Below, one piece after another: positions 38,409 through 51,821 of a stretch of DNA of 64,000 bases; within the stretch, counting starts at the first letter, position 1; every line of letters starts with the position of its first letter. A model generated the notes under the pieces. The model did not search any database, had not been told where the DNA came from, and saw only the letters and a list, made by a program, of their open reading frames with translations. Origin of the DNA: Moniliella sp. 'wahieum'. Lineage: Eukaryota. A program made the translations under genes and the position numbers. Where the stretch lies: positions 992,001 to 1,056,000 of the forward strand of contig RSEE01000003.1 of NCBI GenBank assembly GCA_003971905.1, read 5' to 3'.

Positions 38409-39796
38409 TCAAGCCGAAGGGGATGGGCGCGCATCGCACGCTGCCTTGACCTCGCGGAAGTTCTTGACGTCCTCCTCACCTGAAATGAGGCCCCGATCAA
38501 TTTGTCGCTGGTGCATAGCTTTGAGGTAGGGGATGACCGTCTCCTCGTAGGCGGGGGTGCCTTTGTAAACGAGTAGGTCCCGCGAAGACTCAGTCATGAC
38601 TTTGAAGATCAATTGCGGAAGCAGCGGCATATCCTCCAAATCGCGCAACTTGCGCCGCATGGGGTGCACACCAAAGAACACAGATCCACTCTTGGGCATC
38701 TTGACGAACGTCTGATGGTCCAGGCGCAAAACCAAGTCGCCGGGTCCTCAGCCTGCGCCATAGCAGGTGTGCGGCCAGTCACATGTTCTGGGCACATTGG
38801 CTTGGCCACCGCGCCATTCAGTCCAGGGGTGGGCAGCGGACCGGCAAGAGGGGCCCAAAATAGATTGTCCGGGTTGTCCACGATTTCCCAGCTGGTCCGC
38901 TCGATCGGCTGCGAAGGATGGAGACGGGTCAAGCTGCGTTCAACACTCTTGAGGATTTTTTCGTTGAACTGGGGCACTACAGCATGCGCATCGTACAACG
39001 ATTGGCCAATCTTGTTGGATATGAGGTAGAAGCCAGGGAAGCAGACCAATCCACCGGCACAGATCCATGTCCCGTCGTTCTTATCGCTTGGGTGGGAGAT
39101 CAAGTAGTCATCCTGTACCAAACGAGAGACGACCTTCATTGCTTCATTTCCTGCTTTGCGTTTGCCCGTCTCATCAACAGGGTCAGACGCTCATTGGTGA
39201 CGAGATTGTCAATCGTGTTGGAATCGATCCGAGAAAATAGATTTGGGTACCGACTTGGCAACCAGTCACTGAGATGTTCCATGAGCTCCGTGCAGGAGCC
39301 TTGCACTTGAGGTAGTGAATCTAGGACGGCGCCACCCTGTAGGATTGATGATTGGGTATGATCAGTTTCCCGTCATGTCACACAAGCGAGACAGAAGAAC
39401 TCACCTGAACTTCAATCAGCTTCTTCTTGTAGTCCAGGTCAGAGAGGTAAAACTTGTCCGGCTCGACCCAGTTTTCACTAGCCATGGGCTGGTGGGCCAT
39501 GGTTTGGTGATAAGGATAGCGGATGACTTTGTTGACATAGATGTGGTCGCGCGTGTCATGTGTGCTCAGTGTGGAGGGTCAAGCTGGGCTCAGGGCTGGA
39601 GACGCGAAAAAGGTGGGGGCATCGGCAAGCGTTTTGGAAGAAGGATAGAGCCTCTTGGGTTTCTCGGACGGTGTGAGTGGGGGTGGGGCCGTGGGGTCCA
39701 ACCCAAAGCTTGCTGGATGGACCGGCCAGCTGGCGACCAGGCTTGGTCGTTGCCACCCACCAGGAAGAGACGAGAGACGACAAGGAAGATGACCAT
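38409..39796 (-). CDS. DUF3445 / heme-dependent oxidative N-demethylase alpha-subunit-like protein
   Basis: RYPYHQTMAHQPM, LVQDDYLI, LVCFPGFYLISNKIGQSLYDAHAVVP, ERTSW and LRLDHQTFVKMPKSGSVFFGVH match the family pattern. Intron near 39340-39404. Start uncertain (39796-40000). Confidence 0.78.
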
Positions 39797-41426
39797 AGGA
39801 GGCGAGAAATGGGGATGGTCTTCAGTGACAAGAGGGGTCGGTGTCGAACCCCAGGATGATATAAAGCGGTGGTGCACGAGCGGCGACTCTGCAGCCGCGG
39901 GCCGAGTCGATGCGCTCTCTCTTCGGGAGACTGATGGGAAGGGGGGGTACTAGCGCGGTGCCGCCGTAGGAGACATGGGTGTGAGGGTAGGTAGGACATG
40001 GCTGCGGTCGCGACGGTGACGCACAGGTGTGCGGTCTGGTCTGGTGCGCAACTGTAGCATAGCACCAACCTCCAACCTGAGGCACATTTTTTTCCTCGCA
40101 AGCGCCCAGCGTGTTGCGCAGTGGGTTAAGCGCCCTGACACTGCCCCCATGGGACCGACCAGTAATTGATTAAAGATTAGATAGTCGGAGCTGGGGAGGC
40201 GCTACCTATTTTGCAAGCGCGCAGGATGTATCAAGCACCGAGCAAGTTGCAATACAGCCATCGCTGTTTCGTCGCATTCCATCACCGGCAGCACCAGCCA
40301 CTCGCCTGCTTGTGCTGTGCATAGCAGCAGCCTTCGTATCCTCAGGTCCCCTGCAGGGATATTCTGGCCCATGAACGTTGGATGAACTGCATGAACAACA
40401 CAGCCAGACGCTTGCCTGATGCTGCTCGACGCCATGCTATACCCATGCAATGTGGCTTCTGCTACGATAATTTCATCGGCGCAGTCAAGTATACACGACA
40501 CCTACGGGTACATCAGCCATCTCTGAACTATCTATAGCGGCGAGTGTTGCCCGAGGGGTTGAGCTCAGCAGTCGCCGATTGTACACGGGTCGTGTCTCTT
40601 ACATCCGTTCGCCGGAGGTGAGAAGGCTATAGGCCGCACTGGTGTACTGTGACAAAAAACACAGAAGAGTATAAGCTACTTGACATTGGAAAAGAATATC
40701 CGCGGCATGGCCAGATAGAAGGCGGTTCCAGCTGCCTCCACATCCCCCAACCTCCTGGACAGAAGGAAGTTGGATAGAAGAGCCTCAGAGATGTATTCCA
40801 GAAGCGGTGGGATGCATGGATGGCAGAGCTGTGGTCAAGCTTTGTGGTCAACGCTTCAAGGCTGACATGATGAGACAATCCAGCCATGCTCGCCGTGCTC
40901 CTTGTTAACGGAGTAGCACGCGTGAAATTTCAAAGGACCGTGCGGAGGAATTTTGATTGGGCGGCGATATCGATACGGGGAATGATTAAGGATTGAGATC
41001 AAGCTTAGGATCGGGATCTGCGATAGGCGGGCTGACGCTGGCGGGAGAACTCGCCTCGCGAATACCGAGTTGTTGACAGACCAGAAGCAGCTCCGTTATC
41101 TCACTGCCTCGAGTCGGCCCGCGGAGCCTCGTGGGTGCGCTTGGACCAGCCAGCAACACGTCGGCCCCACAGCCAGCTGTCCGCCACCCCACTTTTCTCT
41201 TCTTCCCCCCATTCCCCCCTCCCGTCGCGGAGCGCGTCGAGCCGAGCGCCGAGCCCTTGAGAGCCAAATTTGCCTGGACTTGCCTTGCCTGCTCTGCTTG
41301 CTGCGTCCTCGCCCTCCACGCTGCACCCTTCATTCTCCACTCCATCCCCCGTCCGGCCACAATGAGCCGATGGCACCAACTTGCGTGATCTTGTTTGCCT
41401 AGCATTTTCGACGCCACTCCGCTGAC

Positions 41427-44400
41427 ATGCTTCCCAACCCCCTCCTCCCATCAACCCAGCCATCATCTGGCCCGCTGTCCTTCTCCTCTATCCTCTCTCC
41501 AGCTCCACTCCCCACAGTCGAGCACGCACACGAGCCTGGCCCCCAGACTGATCCCGAAATCAACACCAACACCCGGGGGGATGAACATGGACCTCAGCAC
41601 CAACACGACCATCCCATTGGCGATGCTCCTTCCCCAGCTCCTTCCCCAGCTCCCCCAACTCCTCTCCCAGCTACTGATGCCCGCCCCGAATCTGTTGGCG
41701 ATGCCAGCCTGCCGGCTACCACTCCATATGAGCGCCAGGGTAGCGTTGCCTCTGTGTCAACCATTGGGGCCGACACGAGCCTGAAACTCCTGGTACCGCC
41801 GGGCGGTTCCACCTCTGTTCCCGGAACGGGCCGCCGAAAGCCCGCAAGCAGCGCTACACACGCGGTAGACAAGGATGCTTCACATGTCGTGCAGGCGGAA
41901 GAAGTGCGATGGAGAGAACGAGGAGGTGTGTCTGCTTCCCTTTTTTGGTTTGGAGTTTGAAGACTGACTGATCTTTGGCTTAGCAACGCGACCCGGTTAC
42001 GGGGGGGTGCATGCGATGCCGGCGTGCTGGCTTTGAATGTCTAGGGTTCCCCTCAGAGACGGTCGTTACCGTGCCCACTTCCGTGGCGGAAAGACGGCTT
42101 CCCGTGGCGCTCGAAGCCAGCACAAGTGCCTCCGCTGACGCATCTGCATCCACGTCTTCCACTCGTGGCCGAGGGCGACCGCGGGGCCGTCCGCCTGGCA
42201 CGGTCGCCGACAGATCGAAGCCCGCGCTGCTGCTGCACTGGCTGCACAGGCACAAGGAGAGGCTTCCCAAACGAACTTTCCACTGGCGCCGTGAGCGACG
42301 GCAGCATTACTGGCCCACCACCTCGCAAACGTCCACGCCAGACCAAAGCAAAAGGCAAGAAATTGAGCTACCTTCACTTCCTCCGCCTGGACGCCCATCC
42401 ATTACGCCGCGTTCCCGAAGGACAACCTTTGGTGTGGTCCTACCCAAGCTCCCACCTTCCGCAATACCTCGTTACCCCCTTCCCCCGGTACTCGACCATG
42501 GCAGTACGATGCAAGCAGGGTACCTCCTCTTCCACCTCCCATCCCTTTGATGCCCTCAAACGCAGGGTCCTTGTCCTACCTCCCACCTCCCAGCCGTTCT
42601 CCCTCCCCGAATCCCGGGAGCCATGGTGCCCCAGGTTTGGCTCGCTTTCACTTTTCTGTCCCAGGCTTGCCTAACATACCCCCTGTACCCGGAACGGCAA
42701 GTACATCGCCCGTCTTGCCCATCGCAGGCTTGGGGGACGATGGGACCACTGCACCAACGGGCAATGGGTCTCGACCGCCTCCCCCATTCCCTGCATCGAC
42801 AGTGCCGCTCGCACCAACACATGCGATGCCGCCAGGGCCACCTCCCCTCCTGTTCCTAATTCACAGCTTCTTCCTGGTGCCCCTCAAGTCGTTCTTCGGC
42901 CTCCAACGGAAGCTCCTCCCGTGACCACTACTGTCCATGCCCAATCGTCTTCCCAACTTGGCCCTGGTATCATTCCCGAAGGGTTGACGGACGAAGACAT
43001 CTTCCTTTCCCTCTTTGGCGCCTCGCCAGCCCCCTCCACTGGCGGGAACCCAACGAGCGCCATGGGGATCTGCCCCTCTGGCACCCTCGTTCGAGTTTCC
43101 AGTCCATTTGCCCCTTGTCCGCACATGTACCTCCACCGGACACCGTTCCCCGCGGCAGTCAGCGCCCATTGTCGACTCACCCACGGCTGCACACCACCCG
43201 CCTCTGGTGGAGCACGAGGCGCCTCATCGTGGTTTGGATGCCGCCCCATCTCAAGGCCCCATTGATCAAAGACACGCCGACTCGGTTTCTCTCTCCGGGT
43301 CCGACAGTGAGATCGGAGGGTACGAATCACAATCCGACACTCCGATCCCGACGGCCGAAGAGGAGGATCAGTTGGTCGATGCCCTCAATGCGGTTTATGG
43401 CGTTTTCCTGGGGTTGGTGGGGAAGTAGTGCTAACAGGGGGAGGGCTTCGGGCCACCCTGCGGGCGGTCAAGAGGATTCTGCGTCGATCTTCCTTGGTTC
43501 GCTCCTCGGCAGCAGCGGCGTAACGGCGGGGTATGTGTTTGATGACATCTCGACATTCCCGCTTGGAGCAATCCGACCTTCAAGGCCAAATGGCGCCAAA
43601 TTTTTGATTCAATTCGCAAAGAGACAGAGGGACACAAAGCCAACAAGAGTGGCCACCGCGACGGAGGAAATTGGCGCTACCTGCCCCGTGCGCTACGACA
43701 GCAAGTCCACGAGGGCACACGGGACTCTAGCCCTTTTGGTCGCCCTGGTGGGACACAAGGAATGGCGAAGGAGGGACGGGCACTGTGCAGCGACCAGGTC
43801 GGGCCCCCGACCCTCCCGAGCCACAAGAGTTGGTCGACAGCGTGGCTGAGACGCTCAACAAGATTAGCCATTTGGCTCGTGAGGATGACCTCAGCCGCCC
43901 CCCTGAAGCCACGTTATTGCGCAAAGGTGCGGTAGTGGTGATTGATGACTTTATGCACTCGGCCATGAACTTGGCGCTGTTTGACTATGCCCGCAAGACA
44001 CCCGCCGACTACATTGCCAAGATGGATGCAGCGTCTTCCTTACTGGCCAGTCTCGTGGGTCCCAGCTGCCGTGTCCGAATTGAGAACATCAATGGGCCTA
44101 ACGTTTGTGGGTTCCGCACCTTGCCTGGGGCGACATTCTACTCGCGGTAACCACGGGGCGACCTACGGCACTCCATTACCTCCTTCCGGGGCAGAAGGAC
44201 CCCACAACAGATACTTCATCAGATGAAGATGATGCTGATGAGGGACCTTCTTCCGACGAGTCTGAATCCGAGGAAGCGGTTATTCGTCCGATTCCGAGTC
44301 GGATAATGCTAGCACGACCGATCCCCCTCGCGGAAGGACTATGGCACCTCGATCCTTGTCACCAGGGTCCGAGATACCCCTTGCCCTTACACCTCTCCCG

Positions 44401-45572
44401 CTTGACTCGGACCAGGGCGAGATGGCTCGGGACGCGGCGGCACGTGTGGCAGAAGAACTACATTACGTGCAGCGGCGCCCACGGGGAAGGTCTCCAGCTG
44501 GTACACCTCACTTCTCCCCCCGCACTGGCTTGGACGCCTTTGCATCGTTCGCATCGGATGACAGCGAGGCTGGGTACAACCTAGGAAGTCCTCCCTCCTC
44601 CCTTCTCCGCAGGGCGCGTGACCGTTCCGCCTCGTTGCGCCGGGGCGCTGGGCGGTCGCGCTCACGCGCTTCCAAACGGGCCGACCCACCCGATTCCACC
44701 ACCCTGTCCGCGCGCGTGCCCAAACGGAAGCGGCCGCCCCCGTCCGGCTCGGGAGCTAGTTCAGCGGGGTCGAATGCCAGCATGCGAGCGGACGGGACAA
44801 GTCAGCTCAAGGTCAGCTTTGGTTGCCCGGATGACGTACTGGCCATCCTGGCGGCAATCGCCAACTTGAACTTTATGTTGTCCCAAGCCCGTTTGGCGGC
44901 TACCGGCACTGCCCTCTCGGCAGGGGCCGCCGCCCACGTACGATCCCAAAATCCAATACCGCATCCTACTCCAGCGCCCGAGGCGGCGACATGGCGTCCC
45001 GTGCGGGCTCGGGTCCCACCAGCCCCACCCTCGCCACGATGCCGGGCTCCACCTCGACTCAGGCCAATGGCGCTCACAATGGGCTAACGGCATGGGCCAT
45101 GCAGCTTACGAATGAGTACCAAGAGGCACTGACGACGTCCTTTGATCGTGCGGCTACCGCTCGCGGTCTTCCTCCCCTGGGAACGGCGGCGATGGAGGAA
45201 ATGTGGCGGCACGGGGCACAAATCTTGCTCAACACGACCTTGCTCGGTCTGGGCCCACTGGCACCGGCCAATCGGGTGTCGTGCACTGCGATCCTCAAGC
45301 TTTGGGATCACGGTCGTTCCGTGCCGGCGGTTACAACGGCGTGTGGGAACCCAGCACTGCCCTTGCTCCTGGCGGCGTTTGTAGCCGTGTCGGAAGAAGA
45401 CCGACGGATTTGCTGGGAAGCTCTGCATCGGATGGGGCAACGAGAACGGTGTCGCCAAGGATACAGAGACTTTGTGTACCGTCTCTGGCATAAGCAAGAT
45501 CGTCAAGGCTTTGCCATGCTGTGGACCGACTTCCAGCTGCTGTACGACACGCCTCAGATTGTCCTCATGTAA
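41427..45572 (+). CDS. Zn(II)2Cys6 fungal transcription factor with Fungal_trans_2-like C-terminal domain
   Basis: GCFTCR..RKKCDG, intron about 41926-41983, then GCMRCRRAGFECLGF gives the six-Cys cluster. Long Pro/Ser-rich linker. C-terminal EMWRHGAQILL...PLLLAAFVAVSEEDRRIC...RLW...WTD. Confidence 0.85.
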
Positions 45573-46497
45573 CGCCTCGTGCGGCTTGCTTTGTTGGCCT
45601 TTCTATGCGTTTCCCCTACTTTATTCTGGTCAATCTTGTGAATCATTCATCTTCACCGCCTGTGTCCCCCCTGTCTCTTTTCTTCTGTCACAAAACGGTT
45701 TGGGCACTTTGATCTATATGCTTCTCGTTTGAGTACTATCAATGTGGGGTTGAACGGAGAGCACCCGGCTTGAAACAGCCGCCATGCAATAGCTGCAGTA
45801 AATATCATTGAGGATGCCGCCCGTAAGATCTCAGAGCGCTCGAAAGTCAGGTGGAGGCAAGGGTTACAGGGCGCTCGAAAGTCCTGTCGAGGCAAGGCGC
45901 GAGGACAACTAGAATAAGGGCGTGCCGTGTAGAAGCGGCGAAGAGCGCAGAGCGAGACAAGCACCTCTGGTTGCGGTGAACCTTTTGCTCGAGTAGCTCC
46001 AAGTAAACCCTGAGTATGCGGGGTGGCTGAGGCGGCGCTGAGCGCAGGGCGTTGCGCCTCTTCGGCCTAAGGCCTAAACAGCAGGCCGGATTGATGGTTA
46101 TCGATTAGGAGTGGCATTGGGCTGAGCACCACAGCAAGCACACGCATGCAAGCACCTGCCGACTATCGGCAGCAGCCGGGTGGCACCCATCGGCATCACA
46201 CATGCATCACACATCGCCTTGGTCTCTGCCTGCCCGCTGAGGCTCAGTGGTGAGGCTCACCGGTCTCTCTGGGAACCAGCCCTAGTTCCTATTCTATTGG
46301 AGCGCATGGGAAACCGACTTATCGAGCACGCAGCATATGTGACGCCTCACGCGCCCCACGACAGTCTCCCGATTGGACATCCATACCACAGCCGTCGCCT
46401 CCTATCTCCTCTCGCCCCTCCCTCCACCTTGGCCTCCAGCTCCATCCCTCCTCAAGCACCGCCCCTTCCTGCATCCATGTCCCCCAGCCGGCTGCGC

Positions 46498-47748
46498 CAT
46501 GCCTCGCTTGTCCCGCCTCGCTTGTGGCTGCTCCGCCGACATTGAGTGGGTGGAAACAGCCGAGGTCATTGTCCTCCACTGTCCTGCCCCTTTCCCCACC
46601 AGCATACACCCAGGGGATGACCGCCACTTGCTTGCCTCCGTCTCCGTTGTGTGTAGCACCGACTGGGTGTCGGTGTCGGTCAGCGGTACCCCAATTGTGC
46701 TGCTGGGCCTCGGTGGCACTGTTGTTCCATCGTCTTCCTTCGCCATTGTCTCCCCTCGTCCGTCCGAGAGACGGGCTAGCCATCGGGACACGAGTCCATC
46801 TGACTCTTCCAGCCATTCGTCCGATGGAAGCTTTGCCATCGTTTCCCCCACTGCTCCGTCTACGATGGGAATCAAGATGTACCTGTCCAAAGACCCTCCT
46901 GGGCTTTGGAATGGCCCCATAGTCGGCCCGCTACTGCACTTGCCCACGCCCGACCTGCTCTCTAGTGGCATTCAACTCAACATTGCCCTTGGGTCGTTCG
47001 ACACAGAGTGGGACTGTACTTACCCCAACTCTGGTAGTCCTAGCCCATTATCCAGGTCCTCCCATCTCTCCTTTCCCCCAGTCCCCAGTTCACCCCGGCA
47101 ACGGTCCACTCGGCCGAACTGCAGACCGCGATCGTCGAGGCATTTGCAGACCTGCAAGCTGTGAGGGACGAGTTCACCCCGCCATCCCATCACCGCCCTT
47201 GTCGCCCTTGTCGCCCTTCCCGCACTGCCCGATCCCGCTCCAATGTACCCCCTCCGTCTCGCACGTGCCGACCATCCAAGGACAGTGACAGCGATGCTGG
47301 AGGGAGTCAAGCCAGCGCTACCATTCTTGCTGTGCGTCCTCCCTTTGTGCCGCTCCCCCCAACGCTGGCGCCCCCGCCTAGTCTCGAACTGGTCTTCCCC
47401 GACCCGTTAGCCGAACTGGGCCTGTCCGAACTGGCGGCCGCTGAAGGCGATGGATCCGGCTGTTCGCGCGAGCCGAGCACGCCCCGCCGAAAAGGATCTC
47501 ATGCACGGCCTTCACGCTCTGGCACTGCCCGCCCATGGAATCAAAGGTCGTCGAACGCGGCTGCATCCATGTCCACCTCATCGTCCGAAATCATACGTTC
47601 TCATCGCCGTTGCCGCCGCCGTCGACCTCGGTCTTACGCTCGCATGCCTTCCCACGTGCTTCAGATGAGCTTCGGGATCGGTGTCAGCATGATTGCGGTC
47701 TCTGCTGTGGCCCTGCTCTGGTGGCGTAAAAAGGTTCGCTCAGCCTGA
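46498..47748 (+). CDS. Hypothetical protein with a single C-terminal hydrophobic helix (tail-anchored-like)
   Basis: ORFs 46373-47164 and 47161-47748; ends FGIGVSMIAVSAVALLWWRKKVRSA. No domain recognised. Confidence 0.4.
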
Positions 47749-47890
47749 TCGTGGGTGTCTCATTTTCTATGGTATGATAGTACGATACGTTTCCCATCTC
47801 CCTCTGTTTTTCCCCACGTGCCTCTCAATCCATAACCCATTTGGCATATGCTCATCATGCTCAATTACTTTGACACCGATCAGCAGCAGG

Positions 47891-49004
47891 TCAATTCCTG
47901 GGCGCAGTACCACGTCCGCACCGTTCCAGCGCTCCACTGGCTAGTAGATAGGCTGGTTGATACGCTGTTTCCCCTTCCTTGGGGTTGGAGCGCTTGAGCT
48001 CGGGGTTGGGGAAGGTATTGTATGTGCTTCCCAGGGATGTATACCTTGGACAGCGAGTCAGTCTCCATTCACAAGCATACGAGACCAACATGGAAAACTC
48101 ACCCATTGTACAGCGAGCAGTACGGCACACCTGGCGAATCGGACACCTCTCCGTCCGATAGATAGGGGCAGCGAAGAAAGTCCCAAATGTCCTTGTATTC
48201 CCAATCCAACACGGGCTGAATCCGCTCCACTTGGGGCCACCCAGGGTCGGTCCAGGCGCGCGGGGAAAGACCGCGACCGTTGGGATCAGTGGAACGGGTG
48301 CCAATGAACATGGCGGTCACCCTTTGACCAGGCAAGAGGGGCCCATTGGGAGATTCAACCAGCGGTTTGGGCTGGCAAGCGTCCGATGAACGTAGCCCCG
48401 ACTTTGGTGACGAGTCGGATGCGCGGGAGATAATACTTTGCCTTCCCCCTTTAGGTAGCTGGCCAAAGCCTTCTTCATGTCGCCGTTGATGCATCGTACA
48501 TCCATATTGTACCGCTCGGCCGAGGAGCGGATGAAATCTTCCACCTCTGGGAACGGAGCAGGGCATTGGATGTAGATTGCATCAATGGGAGGGATGCCCG
48601 GCTGTCCGTCTGGCGTGGAGGGGGGAAAGTCCGCTCAAGCGCCTCAGAACGGCGGCGAGAATGTGCGCGAGAACAGTACCTGGAAGCTGCGGGTCAGTTT
48701 GCCCATCGAGCAGAAGAGTGGAGGACCAAGTGCACGCACAATCTTTACCGCCATTGAAGCTGAGAGCAATACGGCCGGGACCCAAGTCGCGGACAATCTG
48801 CTCGGTCAAAAGGGTGGCCGACTGTACCCGTTTGCTGAGCACTGGGTACTGCGCAGCAACCGCTGGGTCTTCGAACAGGGCGTACACGCGGTCAATAGAC
48901 TGGGACCAGCGGGCCAGATCGAACGATGGCGAGGCAGAGGGGGTTGGGTCGGGGGCAGCGCCTGGCGGTGGGTCGGAAACAGTGTGCGCGTGGCAGACGC
49001 TCAT
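47891..49004 (-). CDS. FAD1: FAD synthetase (PAPS-reductase family)
   Basis: IALSFNGGKDC, FIGTRSTDPNG, TDPGWPQVERIQPVLDWEYKDIWDFLR, YCSLY then intron then YTSLGSTYNTFPNPEL, YQPAYLL...ERCGR. Confidence 0.9.
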
Positions 49005-49435
49005 GCTGCCTGTGGTGAGGGTGCGGGCGGGGCACAGATGCTCGATGACGGCGGTGACGGCCAAGGTGCAAATGGGTGGCAGCGAGGCGAGTAAAGCCGA
49101 GACCCGAGTGCCAAATCGCCAGCCTCAGCCTGAGTGGGTGGGTGGCCATCCAGCATCACTGGTCGCCCCCTCCCGATCATGCATTCCACGCCATCCCATC
49201 TTCAGCATGCAGCGCATTCAGCAGCCTCGGTCGGCGGCCTCGGCCTCCGCCGGCGCCAGATGAAACGTTTCATATCCGGCCCTGCCCGCAGCACAATCAT
49301 GCCCGTGCCCAATCCCGATTGAATGGCTCCACCGCTCTTAACTTGCTTGTCAGACAAACACACACAACCGATTTCTCTCGACTGCCGTCTATCTTTATCC
49401 GCTCACTAGCCACTTGGTATTGGCGCATGCGTTGC

Positions 49436-51276
49436 TCATCGGCGGCGCCGGGTGGGAGCTGCTCGGGCCTGCTCACGCTTGCCCCGACGAGCTGCACGTA
49501 GCTGTTCGTGCGCCAAGCGTTCCAGCTCCTCAGGGCTGATCTGTTCCAGTGATGGCCCCGCTTCCTTGGCATCCGTCCAGTCGCGCCAAATATCTTGCAC
49601 TGGTTTGGCAGAACGATTGAGCAGGCTCATTAGCGCTGCCTCGCCCTCCTTTCGCCGTTTCATGGCCGCAAGCAAAGGCTCCGAGCCACCTTGGCCAGCA
49701 GTGTCACCATCCAGCCCCGAGGGCCGGGGATATTTGGGTGGTCGCCCTCGCCCCCGCTTTTCTGCAACAGCCGCTCCCAATGCAGGAGAGTCAATGCTGG
49801 CCGGGCCAGGGGTGGGGGTGGCGTCCTGTGACACGGCCACCTCTGTCGACAGTTGCGGAGGAGGGAGACCAAAGGCTCAGCACGTTTCTTGGCTGCCGCC
49901 CACTCGATCCTTTCTTTCCGTTCATCCTCCACTGCTTCTTCCAGCTCACGGGACGCACGCTCGTACTGATCCCCCGATCCAATCAAGTACTGCTCCATCA
50001 CAGCCAGCTTGTGCTGAGACAACTCCTCCCGCACAGCATTGGCAATCAACGGGAGAGCTTCTCCGGTTAGCCCGAGATCTTGGCAAAGTCCCGCAGCATA
50101 GTCTTCGGGGGTCAAAGGAGAGGACAAGTCCCACTCTACTCGGTCCCTAAGCATTTCGCGAAGGATCTGAACCTCATACTGGAAGAGAATGTTAGCCATA
50201 CCGTGTTGCTAAAACCGGATGTAATACTCACCGACGATCACACGTCATCTTCCATTTCGATCGTTGACGAGGCTGCGTCTGTACCTTGCATACGTGGCTC
50301 GTCGACCACGCTAGAGGATGCCTGGTACGTGCCGCATCTCCTTTTCTTCCAAGGGCGCGCATGCATCCCCTTGTCCAGTCCCCAGTCCCATGGACGCGCA
50401 TCCTTACCCTTCACTTTGGCGGGCAGCGCAGCATGCTCTTCAGACCCAGCCGCCTGTCCGGATGCCCAATGACTTCCCGGCGGTGGCCCGGCGACAACTG
50501 CAGCCTCATCGCATCATCAATCTGCTGTTTGATCAGCGCCGCCAGGGTCTCGCATGTTCTTCGGGAAGATCCAAATCACGGAGAAAGTGCTGGGCAAACA
50601 CCAAAGGTGTGAGAAGCGTCTCATTCTTGTTCCAGGTAAACACGTCATGGATTAGGTGTCCACCCACCTCCAAGTCCACCTTGATGGAGAACAAAACCTC
50701 CGGAACGCGGGAGGCAGCAAGGCGCTGGTCTTCATTCCAGACCGGGTAAGGCAGCGGACGGACTTCCTGGATCATCGTCTTGTTTGCCGGCAAGGGCAGA
50801 CCAAGATTAGCGCCTGGCACATCTTGATCTTGTGTCGAACTGTCATCGTCCTGGGTTCCAATATCATTTGCTTCGGCATCAAGGTCAAGGTCCTCCTCGT
50901 CCGATGCTTCACGATAGACGACCCGACCAGTGCGTCTGCCTGTACGCGAAGTCGAGACGCGACTGAGATCGGCCTCAGGGACACTGCGCGATCCATACAC
51001 GGTAGGCGCAGACGCATCATCCCCACTCGGAGTAACAAGGGTCGTTGTTCCCGCCTTGATGCGGCTGGGGTAGGACGTGTAGAATGCTTGGCGGCGCGTG
51101 CCAGGCGCGATAGGCCGGAACGGGGGCAGAGGCTGGGCCGACGGGCCTTGGGGCCAGGATGGGGGAGCAGCGGCATATACGGGCATGGAGGGATAAGCAA
51201 TGGAGCGACCAAAGTGGGCCGTTCCGTTCACATGGGGCACGTTTGTCGCGCTAGTCGGTACGAAGGGGGTGGCCAT
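49436..51276 (-). CDS. SFH1: RSC chromatin-remodelling subunit Sfh1 (SNF5 family)
   Basis: FYTSYPSRIKAGTTTLVTP. SNF5 repeats DVFTWNKNETLLTPLVFAQHFLRDLDL and LRDRVEWDLSSPLTPEDYAAGLCQDLGL...IANAVREEL. C-terminal EQISPEELERLAHEQLRAARR. Confidence 0.88.
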
Positions 51277-51821
51277 GAACGTGCTGGGCAAGCATACGCG
51301 ATGGTATTGGCAGAATGGGAATGGGGAGGGATGGGAAACGCGTCCCAGCAGCAGGGACGACGCGAAGACCGGGCTGGGTGAAATGTTAAAGTGCGATGGC
51401 AAAATGCTACATGCACGTCCTTTTCGATTGCTGCCTGGGGTACGCCACATTTCGTTTCGCATTTCAATTTCCACCCATCAAATGCAATGCCAACTTTCAA
51501 AAGGGGACGCTGTAGGGATTGGGCACGGGGGCGCAGCAGCGGCGGTGTGGGGATTGCCATGCGATAAGGGCCGTGCGCCTCCAAGACCACTTGAAGCCTC
51601 AAGCAGCGATCGGAGGATCTGAGCAGTGGGGTTACCGGTTAGTACTGCCTGCGCACGCCCAAGGAGAGCGCCGAGCGCCGATCTACGTTCAATTCGACAA
51701 CGACTTGTGCCCTTGCTCGCGCCACCACCCTTCCCTGCCCGCACCTGCTCCGATGGCCTGTCTTGTCGGATGCGCTGCGCCCCGGCGCTGCAGGGATGCT
51801 GGTAGTGCATCGGACCCAACG

